Part shown: piece by piece, positions 1 to 11,837 of the stretch
How positions within the stretch are numbered: position 1 is the first letter of the stretch
Layout: the number at the start of each line of letters is the position of its first letter
NCBI GenBank assembly: GCA_963921275.4
Contig: OZ001293.3
Coordinates: 6,592,001 to 6,656,000 of the forward strand
Reading direction: 5' to 3'
DNA length: 64,000 nt
From: an uncultured Hormoscilla sp.
Lineage (GTDB): Bacteria > Cyanobacteriota > Cyanobacteriia > Cyanobacteriales > Desertifilaceae
Program-made: the position numbers and the translations under genes
The notes under the pieces: model-generated
Seen by the model: only the letters and a program-made list of their open reading frames with translations
Told to the model about the DNA's origin: nothing
Databases searched by the model: none

Positions 1-395
1 CTAGGAACAGTCGCCAACAGCTCTACTAAGAAAACCAGTACCGTGCGAATTTGTAGGGGGATAAAATCCTCGCTCAAGAAGATCGCTGTTCCCAAACCTA
101 GTGGCACCGCAATCAGCAGGGCGATCGCCGAACTTACCAGGGTCCCATAAATCATGGGTAGGGCCCCATATTGCTCCTCAACTGGATTCCAAGCACTGGC
201 GAACAAAAATCCCAGACCAAATTCCCCGATCGCTGGCATTGCTTTCCATGCTACCGTTAGCGCTATTCCCACCAAAATCGCTGCTATTAAAAACGCAAAT
301 ATTTTGGTTAGCCAGATAAAGCCCCGATCTAGCGTCTTTTCCCCTGAAGAACGCCCGCGACTTTCTCCCCGAACATTATTAGCTTGCGCAACCAT
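1..395 (-). CDS. pstC: phosphate ABC transporter permease PstC (5' part, runs off window)
   Basis: Manual translation from ATG at 395: MVAQANN...DRGFIWLTKIF...WNPVEEQYGALPMIYGTLVSSAIALLIAVPLG...VELLATVP; lies directly downstream of pstS. Confidence 0.92.
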   Translation of the reverse strand, partial: MVAQANNVRGESRGRSSGEKTLDRGFIWLTKIFAFLIAAILVGIALTVAWKAMPAIGEFGLGFLFASAWNPVEEQYGALPMIYGTLVSSAIALLIAVPLGLGTAIFLSEDFIPLQIRTVLVFLVELLATVP

Positions 396-434
396 GATTA
401 AATTAAGTTGTTCGTTGTCAGTTGTTCGTTGTTA

Positions 435-545
435 TAGCATTTCTCAAAGAAGTGCTATACATGAATCCCTACAAGCCTTATGATGTCTGCAATTATTCCC
501 ACCTCATCTATCCGATATCGTACCTCATTTTTCTGAGAAACGCTA
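435..545. mobile_element. MITE with TAGCATTTCTC...GAGAAACGCTA ends and TA flanks (IS630-like)
   Basis: Terminal inverted repeats; related copy at 57128-57243 shares ends and internal sequence. Confidence 0.65.
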
Positions 546-602
546 TAATTTTCAGTTTTTCTCTGGACAACATTCCCCGATCGCCCATCAACAATATTGG
601 TG

Positions 603-1661
603 CTATTTGCTCACATTTATCTCATAGTCTGGGCTAATTTGATTAGCCACATTGGCCACTTTTTCACGAATGTTCTGGGGGAGAGGAATATAGCCAAGCT
701 CGGGACTAACCTTCTGACCTTCTGTCAAACCATATTCAATTACTTCTTCCACTGCTTTTGCTACCTTCGGGTCATCATACTGCTTGTAAGCTAGCAACCA
801 AGTGTAGGTAACAATGGGGTAAGATTCTGCGCCTTCTGGATCTGTAATAAAAGCGCGGAGATTTTCCGGCAGTTTCACTGCTGCTAGAGCTTTCGATGCC
901 GAGGAGTCTGTCGGTTTAATAAACTTGCCATCTTTATTTTGCAGGGAAGCAACATTCAGACCGCTGGACTTAGCGAACCCGTATTCTACATAACCGATCG
1001 CACCTTGATTCTGACCAATTTGGGCAGCGACACCATCATTCTTAGCCCCGCCGATTCCCGTGGGCCATTGTACAGTTTTCCCTTCCCCAACCTTCTGTTT
1101 CCACTCGGGACTGATGGCACTCAGATGTTTTGTGAACACTCCTGTCGTGCCACTGCCATCAGAACGATGTACGACTGCGATCTTCTGGTTGGGTAGGTTG
1201 ACGCCTGGGTTAGTGCTGGTAATCTTGGGGTTATTCCACTTGGTTATTTTACCCAAGAATATACCTACATAAGCTTCCCGTGATAGTTTCAGTTCTTGCA
1301 CTCCCGGAAGATTGTAGGCCAGCACAATGCTACCAGCTGTCATTGGCAAGATCAGCACACCCCTGCCGATCTTGCTGATTTCGGCATCCTTCATGGCCAC
1401 ATCGCTGGCTCCAAAGTTCACCAGCTCTTGAGTAAATCGCTCCACCCCCGCGCCACTACCAACGGACTGATAATCCACCAGTAGGTTGGGATTTTGAGTG
1501 CTCAGATCCTGAAACCAACGCTGATACAGGGGTGCTGGGAATGATGCCCCGGCTCCAGTTAGGTTGACGCTCTCCTCACCACCGCAAGATGCTAGACCCA
1601 GGGTGAGGGCGACTACGGAAATGGAAACCGCTCTACGACCAAAGCTTAAAACAGACTGCAT
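603..1661 (-). CDS. pstS: phosphate-binding lipoprotein PstS
   Basis: Lipobox LASC; motifs GAGASFPAPLY, YQSVGSGAG, RSDGSGTT, YPIVTYTW. Confidence 0.97.
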   Translation of the reverse strand: MQSVLSFGRRAVSISVVALTLGLASCGGEESVNLTGAGASFPAPLYQRWFQDLSTQNPNLLVDYQSVGSGAGVERFTQELVNFGASDVAMKDAEISKIGRGVLILPMTAGSIVLAYNLPGVQELKLSREAYVGIFLGKITKWNNPKITSTNPGVNLPNQKIAVVHRSDGSGTTGVFTKHLSAISPEWKQKVGEGKTVQWPTGIGGAKNDGVAAQIGQNQGAIGYVEYGFAKSSGLNVASLQNKDGKFIKPTDSSASKALAAVKLPENLRAFITDPEGAESYPIVTYTWLLAYKQYDDPKVAKAVEEVIEYGLTEGQKVSPELGYIPLPQNIREKVANVANQISPDYEINVSK

Positions 1662-1721
1662 AAGAAGGGGATATGTTTCGATAATTTATCACTAGCAGCA
1701 GCTTAGCGCCTCACCTTAAAT

Positions 1722-1754
1722 ATTAGGTTAACATTAGGTTAACATTAGATTAAT
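1722..1754 (-). promoter_or_regulatory. Pho box (SphR/PhoB site)
   Basis: Minus strand TTAATCT-aatg-TTAACCT-aatg-TTAACCT: three repeats with 11-bp period upstream of pstS. Confidence 0.8.
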
Positions 1755-2516
1755 TTATCTTTAATCCCGACTGGATCTACTCCCCAAAACCATCTTTTTC
1801 TGTTAATTTTGGGCAAATTTTAAGGGGCGCGAGCCCCTTACCGATCTCGGTTATCCAATGGTATCTACAGCCTGCATCACCCTCAACTTCACATCTAGGG
1901 GCAGAGGAATATATCCTAAAGAGGGGCTGTATGTTTGACCTTCGGTCAAGGCCCACTTCAGCACTTGCTGCAAAGCCCCTGCCTTACGGCGATCGGAGTA
2001 GTTTTTGTAGGCCATGATCCAAGTGTAGGTAACAATTGGATAGGAATCCGATCCCGAGGGATCGACTATAAAGGCACGCAGGTTTTCCGGTAAAGTCACC
2101 GCCGACAGAGTTTTCTTCGCACTCTCTAAACCAGGCGCTATATAACTGCCAGACTTATTCTCCAGTGCCGCCATTTTGAGACCATTATTTTTGGCATAAC
2201 CGAACTCCACGTAGCCGATCGACCCCGGAGTTTGCCGTATTTGAGCTGTCACGCCTTCATTACCTTTACCACCAATCCCCACAGGCCATTGGATGGTTTT
2301 GCCTGTCCCTGGTCCATTTGCCCAATCTTTACTGATAGCATTCAGGTATTTGGTGAAAACTGCGGTTGTGTCGCTGCCATCGGAACGATGTACGATGCGA
2401 ACTGGCGCATTAGGAGCGTCTAGCTCGCGCCAATTGGTAATCTTGCCCAAAAAGACATCTGCAAGTTGTTCTCTCGACAGTTTCAGCTCTGAAACTGGCG
2501 CATTGTAAGCTACGAC

Positions 2517-3435
2517 GTGCGATTCGTTCTGACATAAGCCAGTAATGGTGAAAGTCAGGTCTGGTTCCATTAGCCAGATAACTCTGATTATCATTATTGT
2601 TAAATTCCCTCCCCTCAAGTACGGGGGTGACACCGGTCCACCGTTCCGGAAAAATCGGTGCTGCGGAGCCACATCGCCGTGGTGCTAAGCGAGGACTTAA
2701 ATGTAGGATAGCTGGTAGCCTAAACCGGTGACTCCGCGCTTGTTAGATACTCAAGGTTAGAATAAACGAATCTATGTAAGCCTCGTAAATACGAACCAGC
2801 GGAATAAGGCTATTACGCTGGCCTCAAAATGGGGGAAGTAGCTAGCGTTAGTCGTGCCATTTGACTAACGTCGTACTCAATAAGCTGCCGGGGTATAGTA
2901 GGAGCCTAAAAGTATCGTGAAATGATATCAGGGAACGAAGTAACCTCTCGTGTGCTGTCCTCATTTGGACAAGTTAGATGTAAGGCGTAAGCCACGAGGG
3001 GAGAGATGGCCCAAGAAGCCAATGCCTAGGGTAACTCCTATGGATATGCTGACGTGGGTCGGTGATAGATAGAATCTTTGGGAAAAAGTAGCCTTAATGT
3101 TCTAAACCAGGAGAAATCCAAGGTAGATAATGTTGGACTAAAGACCTAACCGGGTAAAAACGTCGAGAAGCCTAGCTAAGTAGGTGAACGTGAGTAAAGA
3201 GCGGATAATGAAGGGTTTTCTTGTTAGCCTCCGCGAACCTTCCGGAGTTAGGCATTTATCTAGTCTGAGACTAACCATAAGGGGTTCCATTGCATGAGGA
3301 AAGGAACAAAGGGAGTAATCCTGAGTAATTCTACCCATGACAAGGGCTATCTACCCAGTAGCCGTGTGCGGCTCCAGTCGCATGCACGGTTCCTCAAGGG
3401 AGGGTCGGGAGGCGACAATAGGCTCGACCCCGACT
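2517..3435 (+). mobile_element. ORF-less group IIB intron
   Basis: 5' GTGCGATTCG; DV AGCCGTGTGCG..CGCATGCACGGTT; DVI ending CCCCGACT; removal restores the pstS frame. Confidence 0.93.
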
Positions 3436-3614
3436 AAAACTCCCCGCTGTCATGGGTAACAATACCACACCTCTGGAGACACGCGCGATTTCGGAATCTT
3501 TCATCGCCACATCGCTAGCGCCAAAATCTACAGTCCCTTGGATGAATTGCTTGACGCCACTCCCACTGCCAACTGACTGATAGTTAACTTGGATGTTGGG
3601 ATTTTGCTGATAGT

Positions 3615-6018
3615 GTGCGATTCGTTTAGCATAAACCGCCAGTAATAACTGGTGGGGGACTGCTAACAGGGTTTCATTTGCCCTGATAACTTACAGATGA
3701 TGGTGGTGAAAGTCCACCCCTTTCAGGTGCTCTCGTGACAGCACTTCCCCTACGGTAGAGATGGCATCAATCCGTAAAGCGGGGATGAAAGGCGTACTAA
3801 CTGGGAGCCTAAACCGGTTATCGCCGATTTTTCGCGCAGCGTGCAAGTAGCTATGATGAGCATAAAGCAAAGGTTTGCAGCGTCGTTACATTAAACCAGT
3901 GTAATAAGGCTGACACACTGGCCCAAAAGGGAAAGGATATAAGTCACTGGCGGATGTTATCCCGACCAGTAAGCACTGACAATAAACCCGGCGTATAGAA
4001 CCCATCTAAAGTTACAACCAATCATCTGTAGGAACGAAGTAAACCGGTTGTAGACTCTCCATCACCGGTCGATAGATGGAGTAGCCACCGCAGGCGAAAA
4101 AAATCTGCTTTCATTTGGCAGGTCGCAACTGGGAAAGATTGAGTGGAGAAGCAAATGCCCGTCTGTAATGGATGGGATAGGCTGACGCCGTCACGGTAAC
4201 GTCAATTGTAAAGTTGTAAGTAGCAATACATACGTCATGAGCACGATGTCGAAATCGATGAATGAATGGAAGGATATCCCCTGGCCTCGGCTGGAACGGG
4301 TAGTCTTTAAGTTGCAAAAACGAATTTACAGAGCGGCACAAGAAGGCAATAAGCAAAAAGTTCGCAGGCTCCAAAGGTTACTGGTAAGCTCCCGGGCTGC
4401 CAAATGTCTAGCGGTACGACGGGTTACACAAGATAACCAGGGAAAGAAGACAGCCGGTGTGGATGGTGTGAAATCACTAACCCCAAAGCAACGTCGAGAA
4501 CTGGTAGGTCAGATTGAAATCTCAAACAAGGCTAAGCCTACACGTCGTGTATGGATTCCTAAGCCAGGGAGAGAAGAAAAACGTCCTTTAGGAATACCCA
4601 CGATGCACGACCGCGCGAATCAAGGGCTCCTCAAGATTGCGCTTGAACCCGAATGGGAAGCATATATGGAGGGGAACTCATACGGATTCAGACCGGGTCG
4701 GGGATGCCACGATGCGATCGAAGCAATATTCAGCAGCATTAAACAGAAACCCAAATGGGTATTAGATGCAGATATTGCGAAATGTTTCGACAGGATAGAC
4801 CACAAAGCGCTAGTCGAAAAATTAAATACTACGTCACCAATCCGTAAGCAGATACGGGCATGGTTAAAAGCCGGGGTGATAGACAAAGGAGAATGGCATG
4901 CAACCGAAGCGGGAACACCCCAAGGGGGAGTCATATCACCACTACTAGCCAACATAGCCCTAAATGGACTAGAGGAGGCAGTAAAAGAACTCGCCAGGAC
5001 ACAAAAAGAAAAGCAAAAGCTGACAGTAGTCAGGTATGCTGATGACTTTGTGGTAATGCATGAAGATAGGGGAATGATAGACAGAGCGCAGATAGTGGTG
5101 GCAGAATGGCTAAAGGGAATAGGGCTAGAATTGAAAGCCGAGAAGACAAAAATAGCTCATACGCTAAAAGGAGAAAGCCCGGGGTTTGACTTCCTGGGTT
5201 TCAAAGTAAGGCAATATGAGATAGGTAAATACAGAACCGGCAAGTCAACCAACGGAACACCCCTAGGATTCAAAACCCTAATCAAACCCAGTAATAAGTC
5301 CATAGGGAAGCATAAAGAACGGCTATCAGAAATGGTGGCCAGCCATAAAGCAGCACCACAAGCAGCCTTAATAAGTAAGCTAAACACGATAATACGGGGA
5401 TGGTCAAACTATTATAGGACAGTGGTAAGTAAAGAAACATACAGCTACATGGACCGCTACCTATGGACCATTCTCTGGCAGTGGGCAAAAAGGAGACATC
5501 CCAATAAATCCAGTCATTGAATAGCTCGTAAGTACTGGTCCCTGAGTGAGGACGGTAAATGGCGATTCCGGTGCCAAATAGGAGAGGAAGAAATAACGCT
5601 GTACAGACACTCCGAAACTGAGATAATCAGGCACATAAAAGTGAAAGGTACAGCAAGCCCATATGACGGGAACCTTACATATTGGAGTACGAGATTAGGC
5701 AAAAGCCCCGAGCTAAATAAGAGGGTAGCAACGCTATTCAAGAGACAAAAGGGAAAGTGCCAACAATGCGGATTAACGTTTATGGGTGGTGACAAGTGGG
5801 AAGTTGACCATATCAAGCCCCTCTCATTAGGGGGTAAAAACCAGTACGACAACCTACAGTTACTACACAAACATTGCCACGATATAAAGACTGCCAGCGA
5901 TGGTAGTCACAGCCGTACCCATGACAAGGGTGGCGTTACTGAGGAGCCGGATGATGCGAAAGTATCAAGTCCGGTTTTGGAGACGAGTCGGAGGGGTGAC
6001 CCTCTGGCTTAGTTTAAT
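3615..6018 (+). mobile_element. RT-encoding group IIB intron
   Basis: 5' GTGCG, 3' TTAGTTTAAT, DV GAGCCGGATGATGCGAAAGTATCAAGTCCGGTT; RT ORF inside. Confidence 0.96.
4237..6012 (+). pseudogene. ltrA: group II intron RT/maturase-HNH with nonsense codon at 5518-5520
   Basis: GTPQGG and YADD motifs; SSH*IARKYW (TGA where the paralog has TGG); the frame continues to the HNH domain EVDHIKP..LLHKHCH. Confidence 0.93.
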
Positions 6019-6266
6019 ATTCCACAAACCAACGACCGTACAAGGGGGCGGGGAAGCTAGCGCCGGCACCCTTTAAAAATACCCCTCGTTGGGCAAACAG
6101 TCCCAAGGGGTCGAGGGCCTCTGCACTCTGAGTTCGGAACTGACTGGTAGCAAGACTTGCGCCCAAACCTGTGAGGGCAAACAAAAGATCGCGTCTTTAT
6201 CTGTTTTGCTCTCCTAATTGCTGAATTGTTTTAGCTGTTATATTTTAAACAGCTTTGATAAAGAGT

Positions 6267-6295
6267 GGGTTAAATAAAGGTAAAAAAAAGATAAG
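6267..6295 (-). promoter_or_regulatory. probable Pho box of the second pstS
   Basis: Minus strand CTTATCT/TTTACCT/TTAACCC at 11-bp period. Confidence 0.55.
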
Positions 6296-6338
6296 GAGCG
6301 AAAACCTCCCAGGTAATGGGATTTAATCTTGAAAATTA

Positions 6339-6443
6339 GGCGTTGCACGGGGGATGATACCAGTCAAGGGTTTAAAATAGAAAATAGAAAATGATTATGA
6401 CATTTATCTATGACCCCGATCGTCGGTGTGGTTGTGCAACGCC
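6339..6443. mobile_element. MITE, GGCGTTGCAC termini
   Basis: 10-bp TIR; flanks gaaaatta/gaaaataa (8-bp TSD, one mismatch); same TIR at 18473. Confidence 0.7.
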
Positions 6444-6655
6444 GAAAATAATTGAAAATTGATTGACAAACTCCGGGCAGGCGAGACTTCTACAGGCTAC
6501 CCTACCAACCGCTGACCGCTGAGGGCCTACCACTTCCGAAGGCCAAAAAGTCACCGAAAATAGATCGAGAAGTCAAAACTAGTATTAAAATAGTCAGATT
6601 TGCACTCGGACAGGGTAGAAAATAAGCACTACTGGACTTGGAGACCCGATATATA

Positions 6656-9238
6656 ATGCAGCCGATTCGGACATTTAAGGTTTCTCCGGCTCTGCCAGAG
6701 CGACTGAAACCATTACGTGAACTAGCTTACAACCTTCATTGGGACTGGAATGTTGAAACCAAAGACCTATTTCGACGCCTAGACCCAGACCTATGGGAAT
6801 CGACGAGCCATAATCCGGTGCTAATGCTAGGCACCATATCTCAAGCACGGCTGAATGAAACGGCTGAGGACGAAGGCTTCGGAGCCCAAATGGACCGGGC
6901 AGCCCGCCAGCTGGAAGACTACCTGAAGGGCAGCTCCTGGTATGCTAAACAAAGGGGATCGCGCCCGGAAGGTGAATGCTACGCCTACTTTTCCGCTGAA
7001 TTTGGTCTAGCCTATTGCCTACCGATATACTCGGGTGGCCTAGGGGTGCTAGCTGGCGACCACCTGAAATCTGCTAGCGACTTGGGTATACCCCTGGTGG
7101 GCGTGGGCTTACTGTACCAGGAAGGCTACTTTTCCCAGTATCTCAACGCTGATGGGTGGCAGCAAGAGCGCTATACGATTAACGACTTTTACAACCTGCC
7201 TCTGCATCTAGAACGAGATGGGAATGGACAGCCATTGCGCATTCAGGTAGATTACCCCGGTCGCCAGGTCCATGCTCAGATCTGGCGGGTACAAGTGGGA
7301 AGGGTGCCCCTGTACATGCTGGATACCAATATTGAACCTAACAGTGACTACGACCAAAGCATTACCAATCGGCTCTATGGTGGCGACCAGGATATGCGCA
7401 TTCACCAGGAAATCATGCTGGGTATCGGCGGACTGCGGGCCCTGAAAGCTTTGGGGTTGAAACCGACAACTTATCACATGAATGAGGGTCACTCCGCTTT
7501 TCTGTCCCTAGAACGGATGCGGGTGATGATCGTTGAAGAGGGACTGAGCTTTACGGAAGCGCGGGAAGCAGCCCGCTCGTCCCAGATTTTCACGACTCAC
7601 ACCCCGGTCAGCGCCGGATTCGACCTGTTCCCCGATGACAAAATGATGTACTATCTGGGACATTACGCTCTCGTTTTTGGTCTGCTACGGGATCGGTTCC
7701 TCGCCCTGGGACGTGCCAATACAGGTGACTTGAGTTCCCCTTTCAATATGGCCACCTTCGCCATTAAAATGAGTTCCTTTGTTAATGGCGTCAGCAAGCT
7801 ACATGGGAAAGTTAGTCAGGCTCTATTTCAGAGCCTCTGGCCAGGGTTGCCGGTAGACGAAGTTCCCGTTGCCCCGATTACCAATGGCGTTCATGCTCGC
7901 AGCTGCGTGGCTAAACCGACCCAGGAACTCTATGACCGCTATCTGGGACCTAAGTGGTCGGAAGCACCGGCTTCGGACCGACTCTGGGAACGAGTTTTGA
8001 AGATTCCCGATGAAGAATTGTGGCGCAATCACGAGCAGCGTCGCTCGGATTTAGTCTTGTTTGTCCGGGAGCACCTACAACAAGCATTGCGGGAACGGGG
8101 TGCTTCCCCCGGAGAAATTGCCGCCGCTGGTAATGTGTTGGATCCCGGAGTGCTGACGATCGGGTTTGCCCGTCGGTTTGCTACTTATAAGCGGGCGACT
8201 TTGTTTTTGCGCGACATGAACCGGATTAAGCGCATTCTGCTGGATGATGAAGCATCGACGCCGAGCAAGTATTCTGTGCAGTTCGTAATTGCCGGGAAGG
8301 CCCACCCGAAGGATATGCCCGGAAAGGAACTGATTCGCGAGATTATCCAGCGCATACGCGAGGAAGGACTGGGCGATCGGGTGGTGTTTGTGCCCAACTA
8401 TAACATCTACATGTCGCGGCTGCTGGTAGCCGGTTGCGATATATGGCTGAATAACCCTCGGCGTCCCCGGGAAGCTTCGGGAACTTCGGGAATGAAGGCT
8501 TCGATGAATGGTCTGATAAATCTGAGCATACTGGATGGCTGGTGGGATGAGGCAGATTATGCCCGTACTGGCTGGTCGATAGGTGCTGGTGAGGACTATT
8601 CCGACCAGAATTATCAGGATGATGCGGAGGCGGGGGCACTCTATGATGTACTGGAGCAGGACATAGTGCCCCTATTTTACGACCGGGATGCGGAAGGTAT
8701 TCCCCGTGGTTGGGTGGAAAAAATGAAGGACGCAATTCGTCTGAATTGTCCTGTGTTTAATACCACCCGGATGGTCCAAGACTATGCCCGGTTGGGATAT
8801 TTCCCGGCGAGCGATCGCTGCTTTGCCATGGGTGCGGACAACTACCAGCCGACGAAGGAACTGGCTCACTGGCGAGCTAAATTGTTTGAGCACTGGTACG
8901 ACATCAAGATCGAGGATATCGATCTTGCTGAACCGGCTGAGATGCTAGTAAATCAAACTCTGCCGGTGAAGGCGCGGCTCAACCTGGGTCAATTAACGCC
9001 AGATGACTTGCTGGTGCAACTCTATCAGGGGTCGATCGATGAAAATGGCCAAATTGTCGATGGGGTGCCAGTGGAGATGGAATTAGAGGGCAAAACAGGT
9101 GATAACCAAAGCATTTACACTGCTAATATCACTTACACTAAGAGTGGTTTACAGGGTTTATCCCTGCGGGTCTTGCCCAAACATAAATATCTTAGCAGTC
9201 CCTATCTGCCGAGGTTGATTTTGTGGGCTAATAGTTAA
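6656..9238 (+). CDS. glgP: alpha-glucan (glycogen) phosphorylase
   Basis: YSGGLGVLAGD, HMNEGH, GFARRFATYKR, EASGTSGMK motifs. Confidence 0.97.
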   Translation: MQPIRTFKVSPALPERLKPLRELAYNLHWDWNVETKDLFRRLDPDLWESTSHNPVLMLGTISQARLNETAEDEGFGAQMDRAARQLEDYLKGSSWYAKQRGSRPEGECYAYFSAEFGLAYCLPIYSGGLGVLAGDHLKSASDLGIPLVGVGLLYQEGYFSQYLNADGWQQERYTINDFYNLPLHLERDGNGQPLRIQVDYPGRQVHAQIWRVQVGRVPLYMLDTNIEPNSDYDQSITNRLYGGDQDMRIHQEIMLGIGGLRALKALGLKPTTYHMNEGHSAFLSLERMRVMIVEEGLSFTEAREAARSSQIFTTHTPVSAGFDLFPDDKMMYYLGHYALVFGLLRDRFLALGRANTGDLSSPFNMATFAIKMSSFVNGVSKLHGKVSQALFQSLWPGLPVDEVPVAPITNGVHARSCVAKPTQELYDRYLGPKWSEAPASDRLWERVLKIPDEELWRNHEQRRSDLVLFVREHLQQALRERGASPGEIAAAGNVLDPGVLTIGFARRFATYKRATLFLRDMNRIKRILLDDEASTPSKYSVQFVIAGKAHPKDMPGKELIREIIQRIREEGLGDRVVFVPNYNIYMSRLLVAGCDIWLNNPRRPREASGTSGMKASMNGLINLSILDGWWDEADYARTGWSIGAGEDYSDQNYQDDAEAGALYDVLEQDIVPLFYDRDAEGIPRGWVEKMKDAIRLNCPVFNTTRMVQDYARLGYFPASDRCFAMGADNYQPTKELAHWRAKLFEHWYDIKIEDIDLAEPAEMLVNQTLPVKARLNLGQLTPDDLLVQLYQGSIDENGQIVDGVPVEMELEGKTGDNQSIYTANITYTKSGLQGLSLRVLPKHKYLSSPYLPRLILWANS

Positions 9239-9254
9239 TAGTTGGTTTCCGAGC

Positions 9255-11279
9255 GCAAACACGAAGAGTGTTTACCAGGGACTATGATGTATCCTGATGA
9301 CCGATCGCCCAATACCCAGTTTTTTTATTTTCCCCAGTACCACCAGTATGGGGCGATATAGGCACAAATCAGGCTATCTAGCTTGTCTTCTAATTCCTTG
9401 AGTGCAACAGTGGTGCTGGGGATTTCGCACGCATTGGGGGTTCCGTATCCCTCACGGGAGCGCCAGCCGTTTGCGCAGCGCGGCGCCAGCCGTAGATTTG
9501 ATGCTGTTGCTAGGTTAAGTCTCGGTGGCGGGCATGATTTCCATTATGTATTGACGCAGTTTGCTGATTTCTAATTTGCGTTCTTGCAGCCTTCCTTTTT
9601 TGTATTTCAGGATGCGATCGAGCTTGAATAAATACAAGATCGCGGGATGGGGATATACTTCTATTTGATAGCGATAGCTTGTCCCAGTTTTTGGGGTTCT
9701 ATGGTAGCGATAGCGTGCATAAACCCCCGGGTTTCTAAGGCTTCTCCAAATGCTACTGTATTTTGGGCAAAGGGACGGTTAATATCATGTCGCATTAAAT
9801 GACCATAATATAGAAAAGATGCAAAACAAGGGAGTGAGCGCAATGTCCAAGCAAATCAACATAGAACCCCATCTGAGGGTAGAAGAACTTCAAGAGCGCT
9901 ATCGTCAAGCCAAAGAGCCGAACATTCCCACTATCAAATCATCTGGTTGCTAGCAACCGGTAAGCTCAGTGAAGACTCAAATCACTGGATATAAACGTAG
10001 TTGGATTTATGAACTGGTGTGGGGCTACAACCGGATGGGGCCAGAGACCTTGGGAGATGGCAGGCGGACAAACAAAGGAGCTCCACCTCTGTTAAATGAC
10101 GAGCAACAAGCCAACTTATATCAAATTTTGCGTTTGTCCGGCTCCTGATGGGGGGTTGTGGAACGGTCGTCAAGTAGCTGACGATCTCGAAGAGTTATTG
10201 GAAAGACCAGTATCGCGTCAACAAGGATGGCGAATTCTCAAACAACTCGATTTTAGCCTCAAAGTACCTCGACCAGCTCATTGCCAATCCAACCCACAAG
10301 AACAACAGGAGTGGAAAAAAAATTGGCCTCTCAAGTGGAGCCGGTTCATTATTGTCATCCCGACTTCGATGTCTCCCGGACGCACGGCGAAAACCCGGGA
10401 GACATCGCCGCCGATGTATCTGTGTGGAGTGAAGATGAACATCGAATTGGCCTCCAACCGGTGATGAGACTCCTTTGGGTTGTGAGAGGCCAACAACCTG
10501 TTGCCCAGGTTAACTGGAAGGGAGAAGGGCTGTGGTTATATGGCTTTGTTTCACCTCAAAGCGGCGAAACAAAGGCGTGGATACTCCCCTGTGTAAGAAC
10601 AGATATCTTTAGTGCGGTCCTCTTTGATTTTGCTAACCACTTTGAGATTGGAAGCAAAAAGCGAGTCATTCTCGTGATCGATCTGGATGGCATATGACCG
10701 ATAAGTTGAAGGTGCCAGAGGGGATTCACCTGTTCCCCCTTACTCTCCTGAGTTACAACCAGCAGAGCGATTATGGCCCTTGGTGAATGAAGCAGTGGCC
10801 AATCAGGTGTTTGACTCAATAGAAGCGGTTGAAGAACTCGTTTGCCAACGCTGTCGCGATTTGCTCAATCTTCCCGAGTTGATCCGAGGTATCACCTGTT
10901 ATAATTGGTGGCCTCATGTAACGCAAGGGGCTACTTAACTATGGTTAATTAATGTGACTTGATATAAGATTCGCTCTTGTGCATCCCGCGGGCGCCCAAA
11001 ATGCTTGTGACTGAGTTTGTCTGGTAGCCGCATTCCTGTAGCATTAGGGATAATTGTGGGGGCGTCTACGGCAAACCCATGCGCTTTTCTGTCCCTGGTG
11101 CTAAACTCTCTACCCAGGCTATAATTGAGTCGATCGCGAAGCTTCTCTTTTTCTCTTCCTATATCTATTAGCCGCAGTTCCCCTTCTTCCCAACTTAAGC
11201 TGCTTAACCCACTCGCACCCGTATCCCTTGCGGGAGCGCCAGCCATTCGCCATCCCAAGTCTATTCCTAAAAATTTCAT
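9255..11279 (-). pseudogene. DUF429-family (RNase H-like fold) gene split by IS630 and frameshifted
   Basis: N-terminus MKFLGIDLGW..AVDAPTIIPNATGMR; C-terminus RPFAQNTVAFG..EDKLDSLICAYIAPYWWYWG..GYIIVP. Confidence 0.75.
9783..10964 (+). mobile_element. IS630-family element, degraded transposase
   Basis: TIR tatcatgtcgcattaaatgaccata / tatggttaattaatgtgacttgata with TA ends; fragments DGGLWNGRQV, WSEDEHRIG, YSPELQPAERLW. Confidence 0.85.
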
Positions 11280-11837
11280 TGCCAAGATCTTGTTAATATG
11301 GTTAAAATAGTGCGATACATTTCCTCTCTTCGTTTTCATCCCGCCTGGAGGCTGTGTCCGCCGGGAGCGCTACATGCGCTGCGCGCACCGGGCTACGTGT
11401 CCTGCGCGATCGCACTACCCGACGGACACAGGCGGTCCATTCAGCCGGCGGTTCCAAGTTATGGCCGGAAAAGAATCAAGATTTGCGCGATCGCATCTTA
11501 TATGAGAATCTTAATCAGCCTATTGATGCTACTCATACAGTAGAGTGATTATCGCTACTTCTGGAAAAGCTTTGCTGCTGACAGAAAAGGAAAATATTGC
11601 TCGTGAGATTATCGCTCGTAGTGACTCGCAAAGCGTATTCATGAGCCCCTGGTCTGGATATCTGTGGTGTCATTCATGAGTTTGATTGGGACGAGGACTG
11701 TTTAGGAGAAATGAATCGTCATTCATGAGTTTGAACGGGTTCGCGCCAGTCGCCCTAATCCTACTACTCGCTTTTTGCGCTTACCGGTGGTGGCGGAATG
11801 CGCGACTAGCGGGTTGCCTGCAAGTGATGTTTATAAC

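Larger units (their letters stand above)
1851..6200 (-). pseudogene. pstS: second PstS, split by two antisense group II introns, start codon degraded
   Basis: Segments 6200-6019, 3614-3436 and 2516-1851 join in frame: ..RWFVE-YYQQNPNIQV..LPMTAGSF-VVAYNAP..; the N-terminus reads RRDLL with no ATG. Confidence 0.9.

Noticed and set aside
2520..2672. N-terminal extension of the 273-aa PstS ORF
   Set aside because: It is antisense read-through into intron sequence
11630..11740. Three ATTCATGAG motifs (two within a 17-bp direct repeat) as a degenerate CRISPR array
   Set aside because: Too short, irregular spacing (35 and 49 nt), and no repeat-like palindrome or terminal motif
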